From Candidatus Norongarragalinales archaeon (GTDB lineage: Archaea > Micrarchaeota > Micrarchaeia > Norongarragalinales > Norongarragalinaceae): a stretch of DNA of 29,680 nucleotides. Shown piece after piece: positions 16,584 to 25,345 of the stretch. The DNA lies in assembly GCA_038740145.1 (NCBI GenBank), contig JAVYMB010000001.1, positions 1 to 29,680 of the forward strand, given 5' to 3'. The number at the start of each line of letters is the position of its first letter. The stretch's first letter is position 1. Both the position numbers and the translations under genes were made by a program. The notes below the pieces were generated by a model. It was not told where the DNA came from, made no database searches, and worked only from the letters and a program-made list of their open reading frames with translations.

Positions 16584-17804
16584 TCACTGTTTTTCGGTTA
16601 CTTGCACTTCGTGAGTCGCGATTCCCCCGGGATAGCGGATTATTGTTTTCGGTGGAATTTCGTACTGCGCTGGAAACTTGTCCGTCGTAAAGCCGATTTC
16701 GTACTCGCCAGGCCCTACTTTAAAGAATGCTTCGCCTCGCGCGTCCGTAGTTTCAAGAAACGGCCGCTTGCCTTCAGTTCCTTGTTTGAGTACCGCGACT
16801 TCCACGCCGGCGATTGGGCCTGATTTTGAATACACTTTGACTTTAATGCCGAGGGGAATGCAGGCGTATCGCGTGACGCATCCTTTCTCGTCGCGCTCGT
16901 CAATTAATGCGTTGCCTTGTTGTTCGCAGGCGCGGCGTTCGTCACCACTAGGCATTTGCACGAAGGGACATTTGATTGGTTCAAGACACTGGAGAGTGCG
17001 CATAACCCCGCTTTTTTGCTTGCTTGCCTTCTTGAGTCTCCAGTTCAAACTCGGCGTTTTAGCGTTGGCGTAAACTACGTACGCGAGCGGGTTTTCGTCA
17101 GTTGGTTGCTTGACGCAAACCGTCCACTCTCCCGCCGTCTTGCTTATTACCGTGAATTCAACGCACGGTTCGGCTCCACCGCTGCCAGCGCCTTTCTTCA
17201 TTACGGATGCGTCGGACGGAGCTTCTTTTGAAATGCGTGCGCTTTTGAGAATAGTTGGTTCTTCTTTGTTAGTCCAAACGTCGCTAGCCACAAGGTCCTG
17301 CCCTACTGAAGCGAACAAGGCGTTAAGGAAAAACGCTAAGTCCCAGTCGCCAGCGTGCGGTTTCGCGTTGTCGAACGCCAAATCCGTTTCACTCATTTGT
17401 TGTGACGGAACCAGCACTCCGTCGTCCAAGTAAAGCGTTGTTTTCGCCCACGAAACCGCTTCAGGCTTGGACTCGTCGGCTGCACGCAGCAATCCAAGCA
17501 ACGCGCGCTTGTTGCCGCACTTTTTTTCTTCCTCGAAAAAATATTGCACGTTGATTAAGAAGTTTTCTTCGCCTAATTTGTTGGAAAACTCGTATTCGAG
17601 TTTAAGCGGAACGAGTTTTGATTCTGAAGTCGGCGACGGGCTTGGCGAAGGCGACGGCGAGGCGGCTACCGCCGCGAAGCTCGGTGCCGCGGAAGGAAGT
17701 ACGCTTGGCGCCTCGTTCGGCGCGGCCGGCGCTTGTTGTTGTGTGCAGCCGGCTAAAAGCAAAACAAGCGCCAGAATTGCGATTGCGAAAACATCTTTTT
17801 TCAA
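16584..17804 (-). CDS. Putative lipoprotein with Ser/Pro linker, Cys-rich module and C-terminal prealbumin/carboxypeptidase-regulatory-like domain
   Basis: MKK..hydrophobic..LLLAGC lipobox; SPSPSPSPSPT; CP...C...DEKGC..YAC; GPIAGVEV...TTDARGEAFFKVGPGEYEI. TTG start with GAGGGG SD. Confidence 0.8.
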   Translation of the reverse strand: MKKDVFAIAILALVLLLAGCTQQQAPAAPNEAPSVLPSAAPSFAAVAASPSPSPSPSPTSESKLVPLKLEYEFSNKLGEENFLINVQYFFEEEKKCGNKRALLGLLRAADESKPEAVSWAKTTLYLDDGVLVPSQQMSETDLAFDNAKPHAGDWDLAFFLNALFASVGQDLVASDVWTNKEEPTILKSARISKEAPSDASVMKKGAGSGGAEPCVEFTVISKTAGEWTVCVKQPTDENPLAYVVYANAKTPSLNWRLKKASKQKSGVMRTLQCLEPIKCPFVQMPSGDERRACEQQGNALIDERDEKGCVTRYACIPLGIKVKVYSKSGPIAGVEVAVLKQGTEGKRPFLETTDARGEAFFKVGPGEYEIGFTTDKFPAQYEIPPKTIIRYPGGIATHEVQVTEKQ

Positions 17805-17909
17805 AGCAACCCCCTCTTCGTTTTTTGTTATCTGGTTTTCATTAGCCCTTACTTGGAACGCGTTTTTAAAACAACGCGGTTTGGTTTAGTGGTTTGATTC
17901 AACAATTCG

Positions 17910-18848
17910 TCAAACGAGTTTCGTTTGCTTTGGCTTCGCTGACGCAGCGAGCCAAGGTTTTTGTTCGTCCGGCTCAGTTTTTTGTTCCACTTTTTCTTCA
18001 ACTGTTTTTTCTTTAGGCCCTGCGTGGCTTTGGTTAAACGGGCGAGCCGTCGTTTCAGGCAATCCACACTTGACGCCGCTGGCTTCGCCGGTTCGCGTTG
18101 CCGCGCACCTTTCTACGTACTCACAGTAATCGCACCACCAACGCATGTCTTGCCGCAGCTTCGCTTCAGGTTCAGGCGCCTTGTCTTCGAGAAGCGCTTT
18201 GTGAAGCGCCGCAAAACGCGCTATGCCTTCGCTTGCAACCCGCTCGTCGTAAGAAACAGAGAAAACAACGCTGTTGAGCGTGTTTTTCTCGACGTAAAGC
18301 AACGCGCCTTCGCGCATTCCCGTTGCATGCAAGTAAAACTGTAACTGCGCCGCGTGGTGTTTGCTTGGACTTCGCGGCAAGCGCGCAGCGCTCTTGACTT
18401 CGACTAAAACGGTCTTGCCGCTTACTTTCAAGAGTAGTACGTCGTCGACTCTTCCCGAGATTACGAAGTCGCCACAATTTATGGAGCAAGGCATTTCGCT
18501 TTTGAGTAGCTCAACTTCAGGCGTTTTCTCGCTCTTGAAGACGTGCACGATGTAGTCGTGCAAAATGTTTCCGGTTTCGAACAAGCGACGTTTCTCGGCG
18601 TCGAACTCTATTGGAAACTTGAACGAAAACCAAGTTTTGCGCAGGCAGGCGCCGACTTCGCTTGGATAATAGCGCCCAACTTGCTTTGGCTTCGATTCGC
18701 GGTACAAGTGCTTGTCTAGGAGCGCGTTGAAGTCGAACAACTCGTTTCGCGCAACGCAGCCCTTGTTTTCAGCGTCAGCCACGGTTAATTGTTTTCCTCT
18801 GCGCGCTTTTAATCCTTGCTTGGGACGTGTTCCAGTGAAGCGACGCAT
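17910..18848 (-). CDS. Solo Cas4-like PD-(D/E)XK nuclease with 4Fe-4S cluster
   Basis: YPSEVGACLRK (Cys1), GNILH, SGRVD, VEVKS, QLQFY, CDYCEYVERC (Cys2-4). No cas1/cas2 or array nearby. True start may be GTG 18782. Confidence 0.85.
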   Translation of the reverse strand: MRRFTGTRPKQGLKARRGKQLTVADAENKGCVARNELFDFNALLDKHLYRESKPKQVGRYYPSEVGACLRKTWFSFKFPIEFDAEKRRLFETGNILHDYIVHVFKSEKTPEVELLKSEMPCSINCGDFVISGRVDDVLLLKVSGKTVLVEVKSAARLPRSPSKHHAAQLQFYLHATGMREGALLYVEKNTLNSVVFSVSYDERVASEGIARFAALHKALLEDKAPEPEAKLRQDMRWWCDYCEYVERCAATRTGEASGVKCGLPETTARPFNQSHAGPKEKTVEEKVEQKTEPDEQKPWLAASAKPKQTKLV

Positions 18849-18908
18849 TAAAATTATTGCGGCGACTAAATTTTCGCGGTGGTTTTTCGGATGCCGGTTG
18901 CTTCAGCG

Positions 18909-19409
18909 ATGCTGGCGCGAGAACGCGGTTTTTTGACGCGGGAATTCAAAGAAATTCCTGTGGAAGAAAGAGCGTGGCGAGCGGTTCGCCCCTTGTTGAG
19001 TTTGGGCGAACGCTCGTTCGGCGAAGCAGAGTTCGAGATGATGCGCGCGGACGAAGCAGAAATTCAAGCGGCGATTAAGGCTGGAAACTTGCTTCCTTAC
19101 ATTGAATTTCGTAATGCGCGTAGCGCCGAGCTTGAAGCCAAGCGCAGGGAATTGTTGAAGCAGGATTTCAGCGAGTGGCGGCACGCCGTGTTGTTTGAAG
19201 AAGCGGTTCGAGCGCGGTTGACTCGCGCGCAACAAGAACGCTCGCTATCTTTGTTTCGCGCGAAGGCGCGGGAGTTGCTTGCTCGACGCAAGAGAATGGA
19301 AAGCATTCTAGCTTCAAACGGCGCCTACTACGGAAACCGTTCCGCGGCGAGTTTTTGGGCTTCGTTGAACGAGTGGTGCCGCGCCCATTTGGCTTCTCTT
19401 CAAGTTTGA
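18909..19409 (+). CDS. Hypothetical all-helical protein
   Basis: Charged helical 166-aa ORF from ATG 18909; its TGA overlaps the TTG start of taw1 (TTGA, 19406-19409), suggesting translational coupling. Confidence 0.65.
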   Translation: MLARERGFLTREFKEIPVEERAWRAVRPLLSLGERSFGEAEFEMMRADEAEIQAAIKAGNLLPYIEFRNARSAELEAKRRELLKQDFSEWRHAVLFEEAVRARLTRAQQERSLSLFRAKARELLARRKRMESILASNGAYYGNRSAASFWASLNEWCRAHLASLQV

Positions 19410-20389
19410 GGGAAACGCCTTTGGATTCGGTCGTCAGCGAAAAAGACTTGCAGCGTTTGCAGCGCGCCGGTTACGCCTTTATAGGCGATCACAAGCATTC
19501 AGCAGTAAAGACGTGTACGTGGACGCGTAATTCTTTAGTCGGCAAAGGCGTTTGCTACAAGCAAGCGTTTTACGGAATCTCAAGCCATCGTTGCCTGCAA
19601 ATGACGCCGTCGCTTTCTTTTTGTACGCACTCTTGCTTGTTTTGTTGGCGCGACACGCGCATTACGTTTCCAGAGTGGCGCGGCGGCGTGGACGAGCCAG
19701 CGCAAATAATTGACGAGTGCCTAGCGGCACAGCGAAAACTCCTTGTAGGCTACAAAGGAAACGAAAACGCTGACCAAAAAAAAGTGTGTGAAGTGTTTCA
19801 ACCGAATCAAGCTGCGATTTCGCTTGCCGGCGAGCCAACGCTTTACCCTTTTCTCGGAGATTTAGTGAAAGAGTTTCGCAAGCGCGGCTTTACCACGTTT
19901 CTAGTAACAAACGGAACGAACCCCGCCGCGCTTGAACGCTTGGCTGACGAAAAAGCGTTGCCGACGCAGTTGTATGTTTCGTTGTGCGCGCCTGACGAAG
20001 CAACTTACAAGAAAGTCAACGCTCCCTTGATTAAAGATGGCTGGACTCGGTTGAACGAGACGCTCGAACTCTTTGCCTCGCTGAAAACTCGTCGGGTTGT
20101 TCGCTTGACTTTATGCAGGGGCTTGAACTTGAAAGACGCGGTTGGTTACGCGCGCTTAATCGAAAAAACCGGCGCGGAATTCGTTGAACCAAAGAGTTAC
20201 ATGGCTGTCGGGTTTTCGCGCGCGCGCCTCGGCGTCGATTTCATGCCTCGCCACGAAGAAATAATGAGTTTCGCTCGCGAGCTCGCCGTCGAAAGTGGCT
20301 ACGTTCTCGCGGGAGAACAACGCGCGTCGCGCGTGGCGTTGTTGTGCCGCGATGCTGACGCTGAGCGAAACAGGTTAATCAAGCGTTGA
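19406..20389 (+). CDS. taw1: 4-demethylwyosine synthase (radical SAM, Taw1/TYW1)
   Basis: HSAVKTCTW, CYKQAFYGISSHRCLQMTP, CTHSCLFCWR (CxxxCxxC), SLAGEPTLYP, FLVTNG, EPKSYMAVG. Start moved to TTG 19406. Confidence 0.95.
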   Translation: MRETPLDSVVSEKDLQRLQRAGYAFIGDHKHSAVKTCTWTRNSLVGKGVCYKQAFYGISSHRCLQMTPSLSFCTHSCLFCWRDTRITFPEWRGGVDEPAQIIDECLAAQRKLLVGYKGNENADQKKVCEVFQPNQAAISLAGEPTLYPFLGDLVKEFRKRGFTTFLVTNGTNPAALERLADEKALPTQLYVSLCAPDEATYKKVNAPLIKDGWTRLNETLELFASLKTRRVVRLTLCRGLNLKDAVGYARLIEKTGAEFVEPKSYMAVGFSRARLGVDFMPRHEEIMSFARELAVESGYVLAGEQRASRVALLCRDADAERNRLIKR

Positions 20390-20395
20390 CTCTGT

Positions 20396-21172
20396 TTACG
20401 AGTTCGCGAACGCCTCGTCGATTTTTTCTTGCGGCCAACCAGCGCCAAGCAATGCTTGCCGAATCGCGTCGTCGCTCGCACCTTGACTGCGGGAAGCGCG
20501 GATGTAGCCGATGAGCTGCTGCGTTGCTGGGTCGAGCATTGGTGGTATTTTCGGCGCCCTCGGCACGGGCGGGCTCCTGCGTTCAGGTAGTTGCGGCCGG
20601 TAGTCGTCGGAAGACGGAGCCATTGGTTGAACTGGCCGTGCGGCTTGCCTTTCGCTTGCCTGAATTGCTTTGCTTTCCTCCGTCAAGCGGGCTTTCCTGC
20701 CTATGAAGTAGTAAAGCGCTATTCCGAGCAAGCCGAGTAAAGTTATTACGGCTCCCCATAGTATCTTCCATTCCGAATCGTTTTTAGCATTGATTATTTC
20801 GATGAGGAACCAAATCCAGAGGATAAGCGAAACGAGCCCGATTATAGCCGCTATCGCGATTATGAGTATGCCCGCGCCGAGCATCGCGCCGAAGATTCCG
20901 AGTGCTCCCGCGGCATTCGAGCTGGCCGTCGAATGAGTGGTTTTGCATTGCGCCGTGCCATATGCTTCCTCACATCCAGCGGCGCAGGTCTTGCTTTTAA
21001 TCCAATTGCTTCCATCGTAAGCACACGACTGCAGTTCATTTCCTACGCAGCGTTTTTCGTAAGGCGTGCAGACGGTTGTGATCGTGGTTGTAGTTGGCGC
21101 GACGTCTGTAGTTGCTGGCTGACTGTCAGCACAGGCGTTGGCGTAAGCGTTGCTTGCGGAGAGTAAGAGCAA
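20396..21172 (-). CDS. Membrane protein (Thr-rich linker, Cys-rich module, PLDc_N-like hairpin, Pro-rich segment, helical C-domain); probably the C-terminal part of the upstream gene
   Basis: CTPYEKRC...C...C...C; WIWFLIEII...KILWGAVITLLGLLGIALYYFIGRK (PLD nuclease N-terminal-like); IRQALLGAGWPQEKIDEAF. No convincing start of its own; overlaps the upstream ORF by 130 nt. Confidence 0.7.
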   Translation of the reverse strand: MLLLSASNAYANACADSQPATTDVAPTTTTITTVCTPYEKRCVGNELQSCAYDGSNWIKSKTCAAGCEEAYGTAQCKTTHSTASSNAAGALGIFGAMLGAGILIIAIAAIIGLVSLILWIWFLIEIINAKNDSEWKILWGAVITLLGLLGIALYYFIGRKARLTEESKAIQASERQAARPVQPMAPSSDDYRPQLPERRSPPVPRAPKIPPMLDPATQQLIGYIRASRSQGASDDAIRQALLGAGWPQEKIDEAFANS

Positions 21173-22779
21173 ACAGTCGGCATCGTGTCGCCGTATGACT
21201 GAGCGTAACCGAACGATGCGGTGGGTTCAGGGTAATAGTATTTTCCTACTATTACGTTGTCGTAGCGCGGGCCGTTAGTACACGCGGTAAGCGCTAAATC
21301 GTATTCTCCTTCTTGCGCGGCGTAATCGGTTTTTTGTCCTTTGAATACTTCGCGACCATTTTTTAGGTTGATGACGTTGACTGTCACACCGTTCGTCTCG
21401 TCGTAAATCGTTCTGATTCGGTGCCAGGTGTTGAGCTCGATTTCGCATCCAGCGTCCAAAAACTTTTTACGTGGGTAGTGTAGTTGCAAGCTTCCACGAC
21501 CGTACCCGCGGAGAGTGTGCCCATAAACAATCGTGTCTCCCGAATACAAGTAGGTGTTCACGTTTCCTTGGCAGTCGCCCCTACTGACTGTGTATTCGTC
21601 GGACTGCATCCAGAATGAGCCGCCGTTTACGTCCACTTTATTTTTCGAGAACAGTTTGCTGGCGTCCCACTCCGCGCGAGGATCGTCTTGCTGCAAATAG
21701 CCGTTCACTTCCCTCCAGTAACCAGTTTTAGGCGTCCACTTATCGGCGTAATTGCCATCATTGAAGTCATCGAAAAACTCGAAAGTGGCGCTTCCATTGC
21801 TTTTGCTTGGCGCGGCCGCGTTTCCGTAATACAAGTAGAACGCATACCCTGCCGGCGTTATCTTTTGGTCGACTTTTACCCAAACGTTGGCGGCGGAGCC
21901 GTCGGCTTTGCTTTCAATCCAGTAAGGGAGTTCGGTTAATCCGTCGCCGCTCACAAAGCGCAAGTCTGCGAAGTCCGTACGCATTCCTTCATCGTGCTTC
22001 ACATTCAACAAAACTTGGTGTCCGCTTTTAGTGCTTCCGCTCGCCACTTTCACTGTGACTTGTTTTCTTCGTTTGAATTCTTTGTTCCACCACGGTTCGG
22101 GCGGCGCAACGTAGTAGTCGTACAACTGCTTGATTTCCGCGTCGCTGAGCGCGCGGTCGTAAACCGTTACTTCGTCAATCAGTCCAGCCCAGTACTCTTC
22201 GTAGCCGACTTGTCTTCCGATGTAAGCCGCTTCCATTTTGACATTCCAATCTTTGTCTTGTATTCCAGCGAGTTTTCCGTTGTCGTACAATCGCGCGGTT
22301 GTTCCGTCGTAAGTCAAGCAAACAAACTTCCATTCGTTTGCCGTCCAGGATTCGGGTAGTGTGATGTCGTCGCTTATTCCTCCTCCGTAAAGCATTTTGC
22401 CTCTTCTTCCAATGAACATCGCTCCTCCACGGTAGTTGCTTCCGTAAGATGCTATCCAACCCCACCCTTCGCTAGTTGAAACTGGTTTTCCCCAACCGCA
22501 AAGCGTCCTCGGACGTTTTTTGTCTGGAAAAGAGGCCGGCTTGCGTAAGTCTATGTAGTTATTTACTCCGTTGAACTGCATTGCCTTGCTGTCTTTTATT
22601 CCTCCGTCTACGCATGTTGCGCCGATTATGTTGCCTTCTGCCAAGCCGCAAGTATCCTTCGCAGTACAGTCGTTAAATGAGTAACGGGCGACAAGTCCTT
22701 GAAAAACGAATTCCGCGTTAGCTAATGGCAGCAGCGCGCCAACCCATAAAAAAAATAGAATCACCATGCTTTTCTTCAT
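21043..22779 (-). CDS. Secreted LamG/concanavalin-like + DUF2341 domain protein (frameshifted near 21125)
   Basis: ATG 22779 with GAGGT SD; signal peptide; LamG (W.FVCLTYDG...LYDNG, IDEVTVYDRALS); DUF2341 (DFADLRF...LPYWIE...VWVKV...YYGN...FFDDF). Last ~25 codons look off-frame. Confidence 0.85.
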   Translation of the reverse strand: MKKSMVILFFLWVGALLPLANAEFVFQGLVARYSFNDCTAKDTCGLAEGNIIGATCVDGGIKDSKAMQFNGVNNYIDLRKPASFPDKKRPRTLCGWGKPVSTSEGWGWIASYGSNYRGGAMFIGRRGKMLYGGGISDDITLPESWTANEWKFVCLTYDGTTARLYDNGKLAGIQDKDWNVKMEAAYIGRQVGYEEYWAGLIDEVTVYDRALSDAEIKQLYDYYVAPPEPWWNKEFKRRKQVTVKVASGSTKSGHQVLLNVKHDEGMRTDFADLRFVSGDGLTELPYWIESKADGSAANVWVKVDQKITPAGYAFYLYYGNAAAPSKSNGSATFEFFDDFNDGNYADKWTPKTGYWREVNGYLQQDDPRAEWDASKLFSKNKVDVNGGSFWMQSDEYTVSRGDCQGNVNTYLYSGDTIVYGHTLRGYGRGSLQLHYPRKKFLDAGCEIELNTWHRIRTIYDETNGVTVNVINLKNGREVFKGQKTDYAAQEGEYDLALTACTNGPRYDNVIVGKYYYPEPTASFGYAQSYGDTMPTVCSYSPQATLTPTPVLTVSQQLQTSRQLQPRSQPSARLTKNAA

Positions 22780-22862
22780 TAGACGTACCTCGTTTTCAGC
22801 TTCAAACAAAATCATTGCTATACGTTTACATCTTTTTAACCGCTTTGGAACCGCGAAGCAAT

Positions 22863-23255
22863 TCATTTTTCAACGAACTCAAGTAGGACGCACCTGTCGC
22901 GTGGCCCATCGAGTTCCATCAAAATGACGCGTTGCCAAGTGCCTAAAACTAACTCGCCGTTTTTGACGAAAAAAAACCTTTCGCTTCCCGCGATTGCGCT
23001 GCCTAGATGCGCGGCGGCGTTGTCGTCGATTTCATCATGGCTCCAGCATTGTTTGCGCAATTCGCTGAAATACTTTTCGTAATCCGCTGCGATGTTGGGC
23101 TCGAACTCGTTTACGATTAGTGCGGCAGTGCAGTGCGGCACGAAGACGAACAACACGCCGTCCCGCCATTTTTCGCGGCGCACGATTGCTTCGACTTCGC
23201 TCGTGACGTCAATCGCTTGAATTTGCTTGCTTGAAGAAACCTTGAATTCTTTCAC
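22863..23255 (-). CDS. yjbQ: YjbQ/UPF0047 family (secondary thiamine-phosphate synthase-like)
   Basis: DVT..V, FVPHCTAALIVNE, HDEIDDNAAAH, LGTWQRVILMELDGPR. Start placed at GTG 23255; the track's ORF opens at 23300. Confidence 0.9.
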   Translation of the reverse strand: MKEFKVSSSKQIQAIDVTSEVEAIVRREKWRDGVLFVFVPHCTAALIVNEFEPNIAADYEKYFSELRKQCWSHDEIDDNAAAHLGSAIAGSERFFFVKNGELVLGTWQRVILMELDGPRDRCVLLEFVEK

Positions 23256-23275
23256 CGTGCTTTCGCCTCTCTCGC

Positions 23276-23833
23276 CTATTTCTTTAAACTCGCCCACCAA
23301 ACCGCGTTTTTTCTTTTGCCTAGTTTTGAGAACAAGCGTTTCGCGCTTTTGGTTTTCAAGCGTTTCGCGATGCGTTTACGCCAGTCTAGAGCTAAAACAA
23401 AGCCGCGGCTTTCGTATTCCGCGGCTTGAAATGCGCATTCCAGCAAGTCCGCGTCGCGAGCAATCGGCGAAGAGTATTTTTCGGCTAAGTCCTCGAAATC
23501 TTTTTTTAGTTGCGGCGGCAGTAACGCGAATTGTTCTTTGCGCGCGCGGGCTTCTCCTTTCTTGGCGTCCAAGTATCGTTGGCTGACTTTGTGCAAATCG
23601 AGGAGTCGCGCTTCAGGCAAGTCGTGAATTAACAAGGAAAAAGCGTATTCTAAGGCCTCGTTCCGCGTTTTTCCTTCCAAACGCGCGAGTATGAACGCAA
23701 TGAGCGCGGCTCGTTGCGAGTGTTCGGCGACGCTTTCCGGCGCGCGCACGCCGGCAAGCCACCACCCACTTCGCTTTACGAATTTCAACGCTCCAGCTTC
23801 ATGCAAAAATCTAGCGAGGTTAGCCACGACCAT
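23276..23833 (-). CDS. HD-domain 5'-deoxynucleotidase (YfbR/HDDC2-like)
   Basis: LK.VKRSGW, ESVAEHS, HDLPEAR..D, DADLLEC. Confidence 0.88.
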   Translation of the reverse strand: MVVANLARFLHEAGALKFVKRSGWWLAGVRAPESVAEHSQRAALIAFILARLEGKTRNEALEYAFSLLIHDLPEARLLDLHKVSQRYLDAKKGEARARKEQFALLPPQLKKDFEDLAEKYSSPIARDADLLECAFQAAEYESRGFVLALDWRKRIAKRLKTKSAKRLFSKLGKRKNAVWWASLKK

Positions 23834-23856
23834 CTTACTCTTTTAGTGTTTATTTA

Positions 23857-24678
23857 TCAAACGCCGCAAGTAATGCGCAAGGCGTCGCGCACGCCTGGCG
23901 CGAGTCCGAAAATCGTTATTAGTAAAAGCAAGTAAACGCGCGCTTCGCTTCCTTCTTTTGTTTCCCGTCTAAAAACTTCCACGGCAAGGTAAACAAACGC
24001 GACTTTCACTATTAAAAACAAAAACGGCCCGCCGACGGAGAACAAAAAGTTGCCGACAACGTGTTGCTCGACGTATCCAGCGAACTGCACGCCCCAAAAC
24101 GTAGCGCTTCCATCGAGGCACTGCGCGAAGAACGTCAATTCTTCGATTCGAGTGGTTTTGATGCGACGCTTAAAGTCCAACCGCGTCAAAAAAAAAGCGG
24201 CGATTAACGCAGTGCCCGTAATCGCAGTTAGGACCGCCCAGTTCTTGAACAACAAAACTAGGGGGAAGAAAACGAGGCCGGCGAAAACAACGCCGAAGTT
24301 AAAGAGTGTTTTTTCGAAACAGTGTTTTGCTTTGCAACGCCGTGCGAAAGCAATTCCCGCGGCGACGAGAATGAATGTTAGCACGTAAATATACGGCGTC
24401 ACGAAAGGGTAAACTTCGAAGCCAAAAATTGAAACTGCGCGCGGTAGCCAGTGCGCGTCTTCCCACACTCGCAGCGAGCTGCCGAAAACCACGAATGGTA
24501 AGACTGCGAAAAAAAACTTGTCGTTACTCTTTATTTCGAAGTGTTGCAAGCCGCGGTAAATCAAGTACGCTGCGAGGAGGGCCAGCCCAGCGAAGACGAG
24601 AGTGTTAACGGCATTGTAAGGCGCGTAATCGCTCGAGCGCGTTATTGGATTGACGAAATATTCTTGGAGCCAGTCCAC
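23857..24678 (-). CDS. DUF63 family archaeal membrane protein
   Basis: YN.VNTL, LPFVVFGSSLRV.ED, VTP.IY, LDGSATF.GV...Y.EQHVV, GLAPGVRD; about 8 TM segments. Confidence 0.85.
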   Translation of the reverse strand: MDWLQEYFVNPITRSSDYAPYNAVNTLVFAGLALLAAYLIYRGLQHFEIKSNDKFFFAVLPFVVFGSSLRVWEDAHWLPRAVSIFGFEVYPFVTPYIYVLTFILVAAGIAFARRCKAKHCFEKTLFNFGVVFAGLVFFPLVLLFKNWAVLTAITGTALIAAFFLTRLDFKRRIKTTRIEELTFFAQCLDGSATFWGVQFAGYVEQHVVGNFLFSVGGPFLFLIVKVAFVYLAVEVFRRETKEGSEARVYLLLLITIFGLAPGVRDALRITCGV

Positions 24679-24682
24679 GCAA

Positions 24683-25333
24683 TCAACTTTTACAATTATT
24701 TGAACGGCAAGCTTTTTTTATAACGCACTCGCAACAACGCGGCTTGCGCGGCAAACACGTTTGTTGTCCGTGTAAAACGAAGAGTTCGTTGACGTTCAAC
24801 CAGTAATGCTTTGGAATCAGCGCTTCGAGTTCGAATTCCGTTTTTTCAGGCGTCTTTGTTTTAACCCACCCGAGGCGGTTTGCAACGCGGTGGCAGTGGA
24901 CGTCTACGGGAATCTGAGGCAAGCCGAAGGCATAAACGCGCACGCACCCCGCAGTTTTCCGTCCAACTCCCGGCAGCGAATCTAATTCTTTCATAGTCTT
25001 TGGAACTTCGCCACGATATTTCTCGTGAATTATTTTCGCCATTTGCTTGATGCGCTTGGCTTTGCCTTTGTAAAAATTAACTGGCTTAATCAAGGCCTTT
25101 ATTCTAACAAGCGGCGCAGCAGCGAGTTTTTTTGGCGTTGGATAAACTGCAAAGAGGGCGTCGCTGACTTGCGCAGTGACTTCGTCGCGCGTGCGCGCGC
25201 TGAGCATCGTCGCAACGAGGATTTGAAAAGGCGTTTCGTGCTTGCGTCTGGCGAATGATTCCAGCGCCGTGTGGCTTTTGTAGTGCGCGGCGAGGCGGCG
25301 CAACACTAAACCAACGACTCTCTTTGAAACCAT
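24683..25333 (-). CDS. nth: Endonuclease III (HhH-GPD glycosylase/AP lyase, 4Fe-4S)
   Basis: PFQILVATMLSARTRD, HhH LPGVGRKTA, catalytic VDVH, C-x6-C-x2-C-x5-C. Confidence 0.95.
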   Translation of the reverse strand: MVSKRVVGLVLRRLAAHYKSHTALESFARRKHETPFQILVATMLSARTRDEVTAQVSDALFAVYPTPKKLAAAPLVRIKALIKPVNFYKGKAKRIKQMAKIIHEKYRGEVPKTMKELDSLPGVGRKTAGCVRVYAFGLPQIPVDVHCHRVANRLGWVKTKTPEKTEFELEALIPKHYWLNVNELFVLHGQQTCLPRKPRCCECVIKKACRSNNCKS

Positions 25334-25345
25334 TAAGCGTTGCCT

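Noticed and set aside
17630-17670. DNA microsatellite/phase-variation tract in the SPSPSP linker
   Set aside because: Codons vary between units, so there is no perfect DNA repeat.
17000-19400. CRISPR-Cas locus around the Cas4-like gene
   Set aside because: No repeat-spacer array and no cas1, cas2 or effector genes anywhere in the window.
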